Made by a program: the position numbers and the translations under genes. From Nitrosopumilus sp. (GTDB taxonomy: Archaea; Thermoproteota; Nitrososphaeria; Nitrososphaerales; Nitrosopumilaceae), in assembly GCA_965205425.1 (NCBI GenBank), contig CBDBGZ010000005.1, positions 1 through 64,000 on the forward strand: 64,000 bases of DNA. Direction: 5' to 3'. Numbering within the stretch: the stretch's first letter is position 1; the number at the start of each line of letters is the position of its first letter. Under the pieces are notes generated by a model. It saw nothing but the letters and a program-made list of their open reading frames with translations, ran no database searches and was not told where the DNA came from. Positions 30,028 through 41,443 of the stretch are shown here, in pieces.

Positions 30028-30626
30028 TTTCTTTTATTATCTAAATTATTTTTCAAATCTACTAAAATTATAATTGCACCAATGATTGAAATTAGTATTC
30101 CCAAGATAAGTAAAAATCCAGAAATTAAAAGAGGTAAGACCATATTCATTACAGGAGAATCAGGATTTGATAATGCGTTAGAATTTTCCGGATCTTCAGA
30201 AAACATTACAATTACATTTACAGTTCTAGAACCAGTATTTTTAATTTCAAAATTTAAACTGTCAGACTGTTCAAGTTCTAAGGCTTCAAATAAAATTGAT
30301 TCAGACATTACAAAATTTCCATAATCATCTCCAAAAATATTTGAGATATTAATTGATAATGCATCTCCAGAAACATAATCAATAATTTGAATTCCCCAAA
30401 GCAAAGGAGTATCATGTGATGATGTATCGTAGGTCACATATGCCGATTCATCAGGCATTATTTGGAGTTCGTTTGTTATCTCATCAAACATTCCCTCAAA
30501 CATAGCAGCCATTGAAAGATCATTTGGACCAGTAATGTTTGAAGGAACAGCAGAAACTGCAACAGTAAGGGAAATTCCAATTAATATTAAACCAACAATT
30601 GTAATTACTAAACCACGTTTTTTCAT
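30021..30626 (-). CDS. Membrane hypothetical protein
   Basis: TM helices at both termini. Confidence 0.75.
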   Translation of the reverse strand: MKKRGLVITIVGLILIGISLTVAVSAVPSNITGPNDLSMAAMFEGMFDEITNELQIMPDESAYVTYDTSSHDTPLLWGIQIIDYVSGDALSINISNIFGDDYGNFVMSESILFEALELEQSDSLNFEIKNTGSRTVNVIVMFSEDPENSNALSNPDSPVMNMVLPLLISGFLLILGILISIIGAIIILVDLKNNLDNKRNY

Positions 30627-30692
30627 TTTAAAATAATAAACTAAAACCCACTTTTATGTTATTAAATTGAATAGAAAATAGATTTTGTAGGA

Positions 30693-31628
30693 TTAACGTC
30701 TAGATTTCTTTTTAGCTGCAGTCTTTTTCTTTGCTGGTCTCTTTTTAGCTGCAGTCTTTTTCTTTGCTGGTCTCTTTTTAGCTGCAGTCTTTTTCTTTGC
30801 TGGTCTCTTTTTAGCTGCAGTCTTTTTCTTTGCTGGTCTCTTTTTAGCTGCAGTCTTTTTCTTTGCTGGTCTCTTTTTAGCTGCAGTCTTTTTCTTTGCT
30901 GGTCTCTTTTTAGCTGCAGTCTTTTTCTTTGCTGGTCTCTTTTTAGCTGCAGTCTTTTTCTTTGCTGCCGCCTTTCGTCTATTTGCCAATAATTCTTTTA
31001 ATTTTGAGTATGCTTTATCTAATGATTTTTGAGCAGATTCTTCTGCTTTTGTACGTCGTTCTAATTCTTTAAGGAACTTTTGTACAGATTTGTGACTTGC
31101 AAATTTTGTTTCACGAAGAGAGGGTTTTGATTTGGTTTGTTTCTGTATCTTTGAGACAATTTTTGATTTTATATCAGAAAAATCAGTAACATCGCCGGAA
31201 ATTTTTCTTGCAGTTTTTTGTCTACTTTTAATTTCTTCAATTAATTCAGTTACATGATCATTTAATGAGCGTAATCTAGCCTCAGCATTTTGTTTTTCCA
31301 GAGGATTTTCAGCAAATTCAATTTCTTGTTCAGCCTGTTCTATAGACTCTTTTTCAGTTGCAAGTCGAGCCTCTGCAGCAGCTACCAACCTTCCAATACT
31401 TTCCAATTGGGAATTTTTCCTAGTTAGAACAGTAGAAACATCAGTAGATTCTTCTTTTTCAGATTCTATTTTTTTATCAATAGTTTGTAAACCAGATGAA
31501 GAGCGTTTTTCAGCAGAACGGGATTCTTTGACTTGATCTTCAGCTTTTTTACGTAATTTAGTTGCCTCTTGCTTCTTTTGTCGTAATTGAATTACTAGTT
31601 TTTCTAATGATGTCAATGATTGAATCAA
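30693..31628 (-). CDS. Coiled-coil protein with histone-H1-like basic tail
   Basis: Heptad-rich N-terminus; (KKKTAAKKRPA)x7 plus a partial unit. Confidence 0.85.
   Translation of the reverse strand: MIQSLTSLEKLVIQLRQKKQEATKLRKKAEDQVKESRSAEKRSSSGLQTIDKKIESEKEESTDVSTVLTRKNSQLESIGRLVAAAEARLATEKESIEQAEQEIEFAENPLEKQNAEARLRSLNDHVTELIEEIKSRQKTARKISGDVTDFSDIKSKIVSKIQKQTKSKPSLRETKFASHKSVQKFLKELERRTKAEESAQKSLDKAYSKLKELLANRRKAAAKKKTAAKKRPAKKKTAAKKRPAKKKTAAKKRPAKKKTAAKKRPAKKKTAAKKRPAKKKTAAKKRPAKKKTAAKKRPAKKKTAAKKKSRR
30708..30967. repeat. Perfect 33-bp coding tandem repeat, ~7.9 copies
   Basis: Unit CTTTTTAGCTGCAGTCTTTTTCTTTGCTGGTCT. Confidence 0.98.
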
Positions 31629-31754
31629 GACAAATGGCTCGGTTAAGTGGTGGACATAATCATGATTTGACTTTCAAGTTAAGAAAATTAACTTAATTTG
31701 ATCGCTAAAAATCATTTTTTTAAAAAATATTAGTTAAGAGAAACTAGCATCATC

Positions 31755-32066
31755 ATGGAGTTTCATCCAAAAGATTTGCCAATCTCAAAAACATATGATC
31801 TAAAAAATGAGAAGGAGGCGATGATGGCAGTTGAAGACATGGTAAATTTAGGATTTAAAGGGAAAAAAGAAGGTTACAAGGTTCTAATGCCAAAAGAATC
31901 AAAAATTGCGAAAAGGATTGGTTATTCTGTAACAACTGGAATTACAACTGGACTTAGACAAAAAAATGAAGATCGAGATATTAAATTTTGGACTTATCAT
32001 CATGACGATGAACATTTTGCAATAGTTCTAATTCATAGAGATAGGTTAACAGAATTAGGTTTTTGA
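31755..32066 (+). CDS. Hypothetical protein
   Basis: Clean 103-aa ORF. Confidence 0.7.
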   Translation: MEFHPKDLPISKTYDLKNEKEAMMAVEDMVNLGFKGKKEGYKVLMPKESKIAKRIGYSVTTGITTGLRQKNEDRDIKFWTYHHDDEHFAIVLIHRDRLTELGF

Positions 32067-32723
32067 TTTGTCAAAAATCTTGTAAAGTTTAGTTCTTTTT
32101 GCCATTACACCAGCTAACATTACACCAACTACAGTTCCACCAATTACATCCATTGGATAGTGCTCCAAAACATAGAGTCTACTTAATGAAATTAAAATTG
32201 GATACAAAAACATCAAGTATGCACCTCTAGGAAATCTCTCAGATAGGGCAAATCCAAGAATGATTGCAAAAATCATTGATCTCGCCGCATGCCCAGAAGG
32301 ATATGATGCATCATACCCGCCCTCACAAAACAAGGCAAAGGTATCTTTGCTTATAGGCACGGGGAATGGAACAGACTCATATTCAAAATCAGGCCTATCT
32401 CTATCGACACCACATTTGACATAACCAGTAAACAATGTAGAGATTACAATCAAAATCATCAAAGTGACTCCCACTCTACGTGTTTTTGGAATAATCAAAA
32501 CTAAAATGGCAAAACCTAACATCCATAATGCTTCACCACTTTCAGTAATAGATTGCATTATGAGATCTAGTGTAGGATTTCCAACATTTTCAGAAAAAAA
32601 GAAAATTATACTCTGATCAAAGCTTTCAGTAATTCCAGAATATACAATTGCAGTGATAATTAAAAATAAAATTGTAAGTAAAACAAAGGAGCGAGACCTA
32701 ATATCAAAAAGCCAATTTTGCAA
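32055..32723 (-). CDS. PAP2-family phosphatase
   Basis: K...RDRP, SYPSGH, SRLYVLEHYPMDV. Confidence 0.93.
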   Translation of the reverse strand: MQNWLFDIRSRSFVLLTILFLIITAIVYSGITESFDQSIIFFFSENVGNPTLDLIMQSITESGEALWMLGFAILVLIIPKTRRVGVTLMILIVISTLFTGYVKCGVDRDRPDFEYESVPFPVPISKDTFALFCEGGYDASYPSGHAARSMIFAIILGFALSERFPRGAYLMFLYPILISLSRLYVLEHYPMDVIGGTVVGVMLAGVMAKRTKLYKIFDKSKT

Positions 32724-32824
32724 TTAATCAAACCTCAAGCACGTGTCTTTTAATTTTTGTCAATAGATAAGTTTTGAAATAGAGATGGGGAAATTATTTC
32801 TGATCGGCTAAAGAATTTAACCAA

Positions 32825-34051
32825 GTGAACAATAGACAAATTGTGAAGGTGCTCACACTAGATGATTTTGACCTAAAAGGTAAGACTGTTTTTTTGAGAG
32901 TGGATATGAACTGTCCAATAGATCCAGAAACATTAGAAATTTCAGGTACTAAAAGAATTGAAGAGGCTATAGAAACTCTAAATTCATTAAAAGAGGCCAA
33001 AGTTGTAATCGGGTCACATCAAGGTAGAGTTGGAAATAATGAATATACTGGAATGGACAAACATGCCAAAGTTCTTGAAAAATTAATGAATAGAAAAATA
33101 AAATATGTCGAAGACACGATTGGAGAAGCAGCTCAAAATGCAATCAAGAATTTAGAAGAAGGAGAAATTTTACTTTTAGATAATCTCAGATTGTGTGCAG
33201 AAGAAAATTATGAGTTTATTCCAGAAAATGCAGCTAAAACAATTATGGTTTCTCGTTTATCAAAATTATTTGATCTTGTAGTATTGGACTCGTTTCCTAG
33301 TGCTCATAGGTCACATCCATCAATAGTGGGATTCCCTCAGGTTCTTCCAGCTTGTGCGGGAAGAATTGTAGAAAGAGAGGTAAGGAATCTAGATAAAATC
33401 ATGACAGTTGCAAAAGCACCACACGTTATTGTCTTAGGAGGTTCAAAAATTCCAGATAGACTAGAGGCAATAAAATTATTGATTCAGAATGGTCGTGCAG
33501 ACCATGTTCTATTGACTGGATTAATTGGCAATGTGTTCATGAGAGCACAAGCAAGAATCAAATCTCCTATGGGAATAAAACGTGAAGAAGAAGTAGTAGC
33601 AAAAGCTCACTCATTGATAGGGGAATATCCTGATGTCTTTGCAACTCCAGTAGATATTGCAATCGACAAAGATGGAGAAAGAGTAGAGATGGATGTAAGA
33701 GAAATGGGAAAAGGTGATAAAATATTTGATTTAGGACCAAAGACTATAGAATATTATTCAAAATTAATTGCAGGTGCAGGAACCGTATTTATCAGTGGAC
33801 CAGCAGGATTTTTTGAAAAAGAAAATTTCAGTTACGGAACTAAAGCATTACTAAATTCAGTTGCAAATTCAATGGCTACAACAATTGTAAGTGGTGGACA
33901 TCTTACTACTGCATTAAAACAACAAGGATTAGCAGATAAAATTAATCACATTAGTACTGCAGGAGGAGCACTTGTACTTTATCTTACAGGAGAAAAATTA
34001 CCAATGATTAAAGCATTAGAAGATGTTGCAACAAAACACAAATCTAAATAG
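32825..34051 (+). CDS. pgk: Phosphoglycerate kinase
   Basis: LRVDMNCP, SHQGR, LGGSK, HISTAGGA. Confidence 0.96.
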   Translation: MNNRQIVKVLTLDDFDLKGKTVFLRVDMNCPIDPETLEISGTKRIEEAIETLNSLKEAKVVIGSHQGRVGNNEYTGMDKHAKVLEKLMNRKIKYVEDTIGEAAQNAIKNLEEGEILLLDNLRLCAEENYEFIPENAAKTIMVSRLSKLFDLVVLDSFPSAHRSHPSIVGFPQVLPACAGRIVEREVRNLDKIMTVAKAPHVIVLGGSKIPDRLEAIKLLIQNGRADHVLLTGLIGNVFMRAQARIKSPMGIKREEEVVAKAHSLIGEYPDVFATPVDIAIDKDGERVEMDVREMGKGDKIFDLGPKTIEYYSKLIAGAGTVFISGPAGFFEKENFSYGTKALLNSVANSMATTIVSGGHLTTALKQQGLADKINHISTAGGALVLYLTGEKLPMIKALEDVATKHKSK

Positions 34052-34391
34052 AAGATTTACAAGAAGGGTTAGGACATTTTCTTTCTTCTGAAGGTCCTAA
34101 ATGAATATCATTATCACATGCATTACAATGAAGTTTTTCAATAGGATCAAAAAGTTTCAGATACATAGTGGTAAAATTCTGTGCAATATTTCTTGCAAGA
34201 CCAGAATCACATAATTCATTGAAGAAAGATTCAGTATCATCTATAATCCAAGAAGGATCAAGATCACCATTTGTTTTGATCATTGTAAAAATATCATCGT
34301 TTGTAAATTTGGTATCAACGTCATTGTATTTTTCAAAGATAATTTTTCGGATTTGAAGTACGATTGGTACTGTAGGAGTAAAATCACTCAT
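34044..34391 (-). CDS. Hypothetical protein with C-terminal zinc ribbon
   Basis: CNAC...CPNPSC. Confidence 0.75.
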   Translation of the reverse strand: MSDFTPTVPIVLQIRKIIFEKYNDVDTKFTNDDIFTMIKTNGDLDPSWIIDDTESFFNELCDSGLARNIAQNFTTMYLKLFDPIEKLHCNACDNDIHLGPSEERKCPNPSCKSSI

Positions 34392-34392
34392 A

Positions 34393-34836
34393 CTAGTACA
34401 GGTTTTCTGCCTCTTCTTTTAGTTTATCCACATCTTCAGTATCTTTTAGATTCTTACCAATGTAGGTATAAAGAGCAGATTTGAGTACTTTTAGAGAAAG
34501 CAATGCACATTTGATTCTGACTGCCTGTAAATGTTCAAGACCTAATTCACTTAAAACATCATTTTTTTCAAGGGCTCTTGCTTCATCAATTGTTTTACCT
34601 TTTGTAATTTCTGTCAAAACTGAAGAGCATGCCATGCAAATTGCACAACCTTTTCCATGAAATTTAATATCAGTAACTTTGTTTTCATCAATTTTCATAT
34701 CAATGTCAATACTATCACCACATAGAGGATTAGAATCATGAAAAGTTACATCGTGATTTTCAATTTCCCCATAATTGATTGGGTTTCTTGAGTAATCAAC
34801 AATCATTTCGTGATAAATGTCTGCATTACTACTCAT
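34393..34836 (-). CDS. sufU: SufU/IscU scaffold protein
   Basis: NPLCGD, GCAIC, RIKCALL. Confidence 0.93.
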   Translation of the reverse strand: MSSNADIYHEMIVDYSRNPINYGEIENHDVTFHDSNPLCGDSIDIDMKIDENKVTDIKFHGKGCAICMACSSVLTEITKGKTIDEARALEKNDVLSELGLEHLQAVRIKCALLSLKVLKSALYTYIGKNLKDTEDVDKLKEEAENLY

Positions 34837-36077
34837 AATTTGAACACCTTTGCCACAATATTTAATGAATTTACCAGAATATCAATGTCTTGTTTAGTAT
34901 TGTAAATGTAAAAGCTAGCCCTAGATGTTGCTGCAACATTTAGTCTCTCCATCAATACTTGTGCACAGTGATGACCAGATCTGACTGCAATTCCTTCTTC
35001 ATCAATTATTTGAGCAACATCATGAGGATGAACATCTGCAAAATTAAATGAAATTACACCACCACGTTTTGAAATATCTTGAGTGCCATAGATATGAAGT
35101 CCTTTAACTGCAGATAATTTTTCTATAGCATATTTTGTTAATTCAATTTCATGTTCTCGAACATTATCCATACCAATTTTTGTTAGATAATCAATTGCAG
35201 CACCCAGTCCAACGACATCTGCGATGTTAGGAGTTCCTGCTTCAAATTTGTATGGTAAATCATTCCAGGTTGTTTCATACTTGTGAACTTCACGAATCAT
35301 ATCTCCACCACCATGAAATGGACTCATAGTTTGCAATACTGGTTTTCTAACCCATAAAACTCCAATTCCAGTTGGCCCCAGCATTTTATGACCAGAAAAT
35401 GCAAAAAAGTCACATCCTAATTTGTCAAGATCAACTTTCATGTGTGGAACTGCTTGTGCACCATCAATTAAGGTAAGAACGCCAGCAGCTTTGCATTTTT
35501 CTATAATTTTTTCAGCGTTAGTAATTGTTCCAAGAACGTTAGACATTAAACTAAAAGTTACTAGTTTGACTTTACCTGTTGCCAAGATTTTGTCAAGATC
35601 ATCTAAAATTAATTCACCATTATCATCCATTCCAATGTATTCTAGTTTAGCATGTTTTTCTTGTGTTAGGAGTTGCCATGGGACAATGTTGCTGTGGTGT
35701 TCATATTCAGTAGTAACTATAATGTCTCCTTCTTTAATATGGGGCCTACCCCATGCATATGCAACTAAATTAATTGCCTCAGTAGTGCCTCTAACAAAAA
35801 TAATTTCTTGGCGATTTTTAATATTAACAAAATTTGCAATTTTATCTCGTGTTGCTTCATATGCTTCAGTAGCTTCTTCAGCGAGTGCATAAACTGCTCT
35901 GTGAATATTTGCATTATGGTTTTGGTAATAATCAGTAATAGAATCAATTACTTGGTTTGGTTTTTGCGTAGTAGATGCATTATCCAAATAAACAAGAGGT
36001 TTGTTATCTCTAACGGTTCTTTTGAGAATTGGAAAATCTTTTCTAATATTTTCAAATAGTGATTCAGTACTTTGCAT
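34833..36077 (-). CDS. sufS: Cysteine desulfurase SufS
   Basis: YLDNASTTQKP, FSGHKMLGPTG, RSGHHCA. Confidence 0.97.
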   Translation of the reverse strand: MQSTESLFENIRKDFPILKRTVRDNKPLVYLDNASTTQKPNQVIDSITDYYQNHNANIHRAVYALAEEATEAYEATRDKIANFVNIKNRQEIIFVRGTTEAINLVAYAWGRPHIKEGDIIVTTEYEHHSNIVPWQLLTQEKHAKLEYIGMDDNGELILDDLDKILATGKVKLVTFSLMSNVLGTITNAEKIIEKCKAAGVLTLIDGAQAVPHMKVDLDKLGCDFFAFSGHKMLGPTGIGVLWVRKPVLQTMSPFHGGGDMIREVHKYETTWNDLPYKFEAGTPNIADVVGLGAAIDYLTKIGMDNVREHEIELTKYAIEKLSAVKGLHIYGTQDISKRGGVISFNFADVHPHDVAQIIDEEGIAVRSGHHCAQVLMERLNVAATSRASFYIYNTKQDIDILVNSLNIVAKVFKL

Positions 36078-36080
36078 ATC

Positions 36081-36389
36081 TTAAAGCTCCACGTAAATTT
36101 CGTCGGCGTCTATTTTAACATTGTATATTTTGAGAGCAGTTTCAGCAGGAAGGTTTTGTGGTTCACCATTTACCAAATTAAAAACAGAGAGGTGTAATGG
36201 ACATCTAACACCTTCATCACTTAGAAAACCAGTTGAAAGGTCAGCATCAGCATGAGTACAAATCAAATCAGTCGCATGAATTTTTCCTTTGAGGTTTGCT
36301 ATGAGGAGTTTTTTATCTTCATGTACAAATCCAAAAAGTTGGCCTTCTTTTACCTGCTCCATACTGCAAGCTTTAATCCATTCAGACAA
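36081..36389 (-). CDS. Rieske ferredoxin (TTG start inferred)
   Basis: CTH...CPLH. Confidence 0.9.
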   Translation of the reverse strand: MSEWIKACSMEQVKEGQLFGFVHEDKKLLIANLKGKIHATDLICTHADADLSTGFLSDEGVRCPLHLSVFNLVNGEPQNLPAETALKIYNVKIDADEIYVEL

Positions 36390-36393
36390 AATA

Positions 36394-37794
36394 TCACCTG
36401 TATTTGTAATGTTGTTCCATTTCAGAGTCTTCATTGTAACGAGTCTCTTCAATTTCAACAAATTTAGCTAATTCTTCATCAGTGTTAATTGTAAGTTCTT
36501 TGTTATCCCATTTTGATTCGATAAGGTAAGCAATCCATGCTCTAACTTGAAAAGACATTTTTCTTGAAAGTGGTTCTAAGAAACCTTCAACGATAGTTCT
36601 TTCAGCTTCTTCATGGCTGAGACATCGGCTTTTCAAATAGAAAATTTGTTCTTCGTCTATTTGTGCAACAGATGCTGAGTGAGTAGCCTTTACATCATTA
36701 GTGAAAATTTCTAATCCAGGAATGGCATCAGATTTTGCATCTTTATCTAATAAAATTGAGCGACCAGACAAAAATGAATTTGATTTTGCAGCATTTTCTT
36801 TGATTCTAATCATTCCTTTGAAAAGAGATTTTGATTTGTTTCTAAGAATAGATTTTTCAACAACTCTACCTTCAGTTGCAGGACTTTCATGGTTAACATT
36901 AGTTTGAATATCAAATGACTGTTCATTGTTTCCAAATATTACTTCAGAATCATTACATGATGCACCAGTTCCATTTAGAAAGTATTCTATTTTGTATCTA
37001 GATAACATTGAACCAAACAATCCAGAATACCAATTTACTTTAGCATCTTGAGCCAAGTCTGTTCTTTTTGTTGAAAAGGCTACTGCATGCTGATCAATCA
37101 TTTGTAAAGTAGTAATATCCAATTGGGCATTTGCACCAACATTAGTATTCATTAATTCCAAGTATGCTTGTTGAGTTTGAATGCCTGGAGAGTATAATTC
37201 TTGAACAATGCTTGCCTTGCTGCTTTCATCTGCAAATATAATATTTCTAGAAATTGTAGAATGACCATCTTCAGATAAGCAGGTCATGAAGTAGATTGGT
37301 TTATCGACAATCAAATTACGTGGGATGTGAATGAATATGCCTGAATTAAAAGCAGCATTGTTTAATGCAGTGAATTTATCATCTTCAGATTTTGAAGCTT
37401 CTAGTGCTTTTTTTACCAATTCAGAATTATTTTTTATTGCATCAGAAATTGATGAAATTACTAATCCTTTGGATTTTAGATCATCAGGTAAATTGATTTT
37501 GAGAATATTAGTTCCAATTTGAATAATACAAATTTCATTTTCTAGTTCACCTAATCGTTTTGTTAAGAAGCCAGGAATTGTTTCTGCAGTAGATGTCGAT
37601 AAAGATACTTTTTCAGGATCCATCTTTTTGGCATCAGTGTATTTGTTGTATAGTGGAGATAGTTCAATTGGTAATTTATCATAGATAGATAGTGAATTCT
37701 TTCTGTAATCTTTTAGCCAATCAGGTTCATTTCTTGATGAGGAAATCTCATCGATGAGACTTGTGTTAAGTTTTGAAAGAATTTCTTGAGACAT
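36394..37794 (-). CDS. sufD: SufD
   Basis: IPGLEIFTNDVKATHSASV; follows sufB. Confidence 0.93.
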   Translation of the reverse strand: MSQEILSKLNTSLIDEISSSRNEPDWLKDYRKNSLSIYDKLPIELSPLYNKYTDAKKMDPEKVSLSTSTAETIPGFLTKRLGELENEICIIQIGTNILKINLPDDLKSKGLVISSISDAIKNNSELVKKALEASKSEDDKFTALNNAAFNSGIFIHIPRNLIVDKPIYFMTCLSEDGHSTISRNIIFADESSKASIVQELYSPGIQTQQAYLELMNTNVGANAQLDITTLQMIDQHAVAFSTKRTDLAQDAKVNWYSGLFGSMLSRYKIEYFLNGTGASCNDSEVIFGNNEQSFDIQTNVNHESPATEGRVVEKSILRNKSKSLFKGMIRIKENAAKSNSFLSGRSILLDKDAKSDAIPGLEIFTNDVKATHSASVAQIDEEQIFYLKSRCLSHEEAERTIVEGFLEPLSRKMSFQVRAWIAYLIESKWDNKELTINTDEELAKFVEIEETRYNEDSEMEQHYKYR

Positions 37795-37821
37795 GATTTA
37801 TCAAAATTAGGTATTGGGAGT

Positions 37822-39231
37822 TTATCCCACTGAGTCATCCATCTCTAGTTTGATGAGTCTGTTTAATTCAACAGCATACTCCATTGGTAATTCTTTTGTG
37901 AATGGCTCCATGAAACCATTAACAATTAGAGATAATGCTTCTTCTTCATTAAATCCTCTACTCATTAGATAGAAGATTTGTTCATCACCAATTTTTCCAA
38001 CGGTTGCTTCGTGGGTAATTGTTGCATCTTCTTGATTAATTTCCATGTAAGGATATGTATCAGTTTTTGAGGTATCATCCAATAGTAATGCATCACATCT
38101 TACAGTAGATTTTACGCCAGTAGCACCTTTTGCTACATTTAGCATTCCTCTGTAAGTGGAACGTCCATCTAGTCTACTTACTGACTTTGATGTGACTTTG
38201 GATGTTGTGTTTGGTGCAAGATGAACCATTTTTGCGCCTGTATCTTGGTGTTGTCCTTTACCAGCAAAGGCAATGGATAATGTTTCACCATATGCTCTCT
38301 CACCCATAAGATATACTCCAGGATACTTCATTGTTAGTTTACTACCAATGTTTCCATCAATCCATTCGACTGTTGCACCTTCATATGCATAAGCACGTTT
38401 TGTTACAAGATTGTAAACATCAGCACTCCAGTTTTGGATTGTAGTGTATCTTAATTTTGCATCTTTATGTGCAACTAACTCTACAACTGCAGAGTGTAGT
38501 GATTCTGAAGAATAGACAGGAGCAGTACAACCTTCAATGTAGTGTACTTCTGCACCTTCATCTACAATGATCAATGTTCTTTCAAATTGACCAATATTTT
38601 CTGCGTTAATTCTAAAGTATGCTTGTAGAGGCATGTCTACTTTGACACCTGGTGGAACATAGATGAATGAGCCACCACTCCAAACTGCACTGTTTAATGC
38701 TGCAAATTTGTTATCCTCTGGAGGAATAATTTTACCAAAGTATTTCTTGAATAACTCTGGATGTTCAATAAGAGCTGCATCAGTATCTAAAAAGAGAACA
38801 CCTTGTTTTGCCAAGTCTTCTCTTAGACTGTGGTATACAACTTCAGATTCATACTGTGCACCAACACCTGCTAAGAATTTCTTTTCAGCTTCTGGAATTC
38901 CTAGTTTGTCAAATGTGTTTTTGACATTATCAGGAACATCATCCCAGTTCTTTTCTACTTTGTCAGATGCTTTTGCATAATAGTAAATATTTTGGAAATC
39001 AATTACACTAAGATCTCCACCCCAAGTTGGCATTGGTTTTTGCATAAAAATTTCAAAAGAACGTAATCTGAAATCAAGCATCCATTGGGGCTCTTTTTTC
39101 ATTTTACTAATTTCTATTACAGTATCCTTAGACAGGCCTTTCTTGCTAAGGTGGACATACATTTCTGTAGAATCCTTAAAATCATATTTTGAATAATCCA
39201 TGTCGAGATTTTCAGCAGTCATGTCCGTCAT
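37822..39231 (-). CDS. sufB: SufB
   Basis: [29 protein letters not shown]. Confidence 0.97.
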   Translation of the reverse strand: MTDMTAENLDMDYSKYDFKDSTEMYVHLSKKGLSKDTVIEISKMKKEPQWMLDFRLRSFEIFMQKPMPTWGGDLSVIDFQNIYYYAKASDKVEKNWDDVPDNVKNTFDKLGIPEAEKKFLAGVGAQYESEVVYHSLREDLAKQGVLFLDTDAALIEHPELFKKYFGKIIPPEDNKFAALNSAVWSGGSFIYVPPGVKVDMPLQAYFRINAENIGQFERTLIIVDEGAEVHYIEGCTAPVYSSESLHSAVVELVAHKDAKLRYTTIQNWSADVYNLVTKRAYAYEGATVEWIDGNIGSKLTMKYPGVYLMGERAYGETLSIAFAGKGQHQDTGAKMVHLAPNTTSKVTSKSVSRLDGRSTYRGMLNVAKGATGVKSTVRCDALLLDDTSKTDTYPYMEINQEDATITHEATVGKIGDEQIFYLMSRGFNEEEALSLIVNGFMEPFTKELPMEYAVELNRLIKLEMDDSVG

Positions 39232-39263
39232 AACCCCGTTATATTATAAATACATGAGGAAAA

Positions 39264-39291
39264 ATAGGCACAGCTAAATAGCTTGAGCTAA
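39264..39291. promoter_or_regulatory. Two tandem WTAG-N6-CTAA boxes upstream of sufB
   Basis: ATAGGCACAGCTAA and ATAGCTTGAGCTAA. Confidence 0.5.
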
Positions 39292-39356
39292 ATTTCAGAG
39301 TTTAGCTAAGAGAAATTTGTGAGGCTTTATTATTCTCCAAATATATCAAATATGCA

Positions 39357-39506
39357 TTGAAAGACATTACAACTATACGAATTACTAAAGACACTCACAA
39401 AGAAATTCTCAAGATTATGGGCCAGATTCAGGCCAAGACAGGAGAGATTCCCACTTTAGATGACGCATTACAAGAAATGTTAAAGAATTACAAGAAAAAA
39501 GGATAA
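39357..39506 (+). CDS. 49-aa ribbon-helix-helix-like protein
   Basis: Manual translation ITTIRITKDTHKEILKI...TLDDALQEML. Confidence 0.7.
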   Translation: MKDITTIRITKDTHKEILKIMGQIQAKTGEIPTLDDALQEMLKNYKKKG

Positions 39507-40001
39507 GCCTATTTCTTTTTCAATATTTTATTAAATTCTTCTTCGATTTTTTCAAGATATAGTTTACGTTTTAATGTCAAGTAACCTAACGATTGAGGAT
39601 CTTCCAAAGTAAGAGTTGTTAAAGCTTGAACTTTTACATCCAAAGGTACAATTCCTTCATATTTTGTCGGATGATCAATATCTCCAATAGTGTAACTTTG
39701 ATCAACAGAAACATAATCCATTACAGTATCTCTTGCAGTCAAATTTTGAATAATAGTAATGAAGTCATTTGGGTGAAATGCAGTCTTTTTTTCTTGGCGT
39801 TTGAAATCCCAAGCAGAATCAAAAATCATATTTCTGTCACCTTTTCTTCCAGCATCTAAAAATTTTTGAATAGAATCAGCTTTATCTTTAAGTGCTGGTG
39901 GGATTTTTAGTCCAAACATCTTATTGACATCTATTTGTACACCAACATCAACATAATCGATTTGTAATTCAGTCCAAATTTCTTCAAGTTTTTTAGGATT
40001 T

Positions 40002-41012
40002 TGCTGTGTTTCCCAACATGACTAGTTGATCCAATTAATTTCATCACCCAAGCTTTAGATCAGAATATTCTGTATTATTCCATGAACAGAAACTGGAAAA
40101 ATTACAACAAAACACTAGTTAGACGTGGAGAAATCATGTTGTCCTTTGACGCAATGGAATCATGGAGTATGGAACTAAAAGAGATGAATCACAAAAAGGA
40201 AGGTCATCGATTTGTCTATCCTGAATCCTTCATGGAGGCACTAGGATACTGTCATCTCTATTTGCATCTTCCATTCAGACAAACAGAAGGTCTGATAAAA
40301 TCACACCTCCAATCCAAAACAAAGACTCCCACATATTCTGCCATTTGGAAACGTGTCAACAAACTTGACATCAAGATGAATCCAAAACTAGGAAAAGACA
40401 TTGTCATTGCAATAGACTCAACTGGAATCAAGGTTGCAAACAGAGGTGAGTGGATGAGACAGAAATGGCAGAAGAGAAGAGGATTTCTTAAAATTCATGT
40501 GGCAGTAGATGTGAAATCTAAACAGATCACAGGGATTGATATTACAGATGACAAGTCACATGATTCAAAACATTTCATATCGCTAGTTGAGCAATCAAAA
40601 CAGTTTGGCAATGTCACTAAAACTTTGGCTGATGGTGCATATGATACAAAGGATAATTTTTCATATCTGTATTATGATAATGATATTCTACCTGCAATTA
40701 AAACAAGAAAAAACTCATCAGTTGTAACTGATTGTTATCCTCGGAGAAAGTCCGTTTTGGCACAATTGTATAACTTGGATCTATGGAAGCTCAGCGTAAG
40801 CTATGGGGATAGATGGATTGTAGAGGGAGTATTCTCTGTATTCAAAAGAATATTTGGAGAGCATGTGACATCGCACAAGAGAGAAAACATGATTCATGAA
40901 TTGAAAATGAAAGTTTGTCTGTACAATAAAATGATTGCAATGCAATAGAATCAGAAATGATTTCAAAGCATCAAAGAGTGTTGATGGTTATTTGGGGTTG
41001 GGAAACAAAGTA
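40002..41012 (+). mobile_element. IS5-family (IS903-like) element type 3
   Basis: TIR TGCTGTGTTTCCCAAC / GTTGGGAAACAAAGTA; TSD TAGGATTT(T), 8-9 bp. Confidence 0.9.
40082..40948 (+). CDS. IS903-group transposase
   Basis: NWKNYNKTLVRRG, IDSTGIK, GEW, ADGAYD. Confidence 0.95.
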   Translation: MNRNWKNYNKTLVRRGEIMLSFDAMESWSMELKEMNHKKEGHRFVYPESFMEALGYCHLYLHLPFRQTEGLIKSHLQSKTKTPTYSAIWKRVNKLDIKMNPKLGKDIVIAIDSTGIKVANRGEWMRQKWQKRRGFLKIHVAVDVKSKQITGIDITDDKSHDSKHFISLVEQSKQFGNVTKTLADGAYDTKDNFSYLYYDNDILPAIKTRKNSSVVTDCYPRRKSVLAQLYNLDLWKLSVSYGDRWIVEGVFSVFKRIFGEHVTSHKRENMIHELKMKVCLYNKMIAMQ

Positions 41013-41443
41013 TAGGATTTTTCAAAGAAGCATCTAACCAATAACGGTCATACTCGTCATCATTGTCTCTATTAATAGAGGGTTTTATGTGAACTAAATC
41101 TTTTAGACTTTTTTCATCTATGCTTCCTTCTAATTCTACGAAATATCCATCGCTAGGAGGTAAATCTTTTGCATCTAAAACCCATTCATTTTCAACAACT
41201 CTCCAAAGAGATTTAATTTGGTTAAATGAAGCATCCTCCATTTTACGTATTCTAAATCCAGGATAAGCAGGGATTTTGATTTTATTATGATTTTTTCTGA
41301 AACCTTCATCAATTTTTACTGCTAACCCAATATTGCTAGTTTTACGACCATAATTGATTGTCATAGATTTTGCTTCAGGGTGAAAATCTTTGAAATATGA
41401 TTTTATTTTATCAAACCAAGCTAAAGCATCGCCTGGAGATGCG

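Noticed and set aside
30708..30967. 33-bp repeat as a CRISPR array
   Set aside because: No spacers; an in-frame coding repeat
17602..39231. sufC separated from sufBD as an IS-caused rearrangement
   Set aside because: The intervening DNA is intact housekeeping genes; there is no evidence the split is recent
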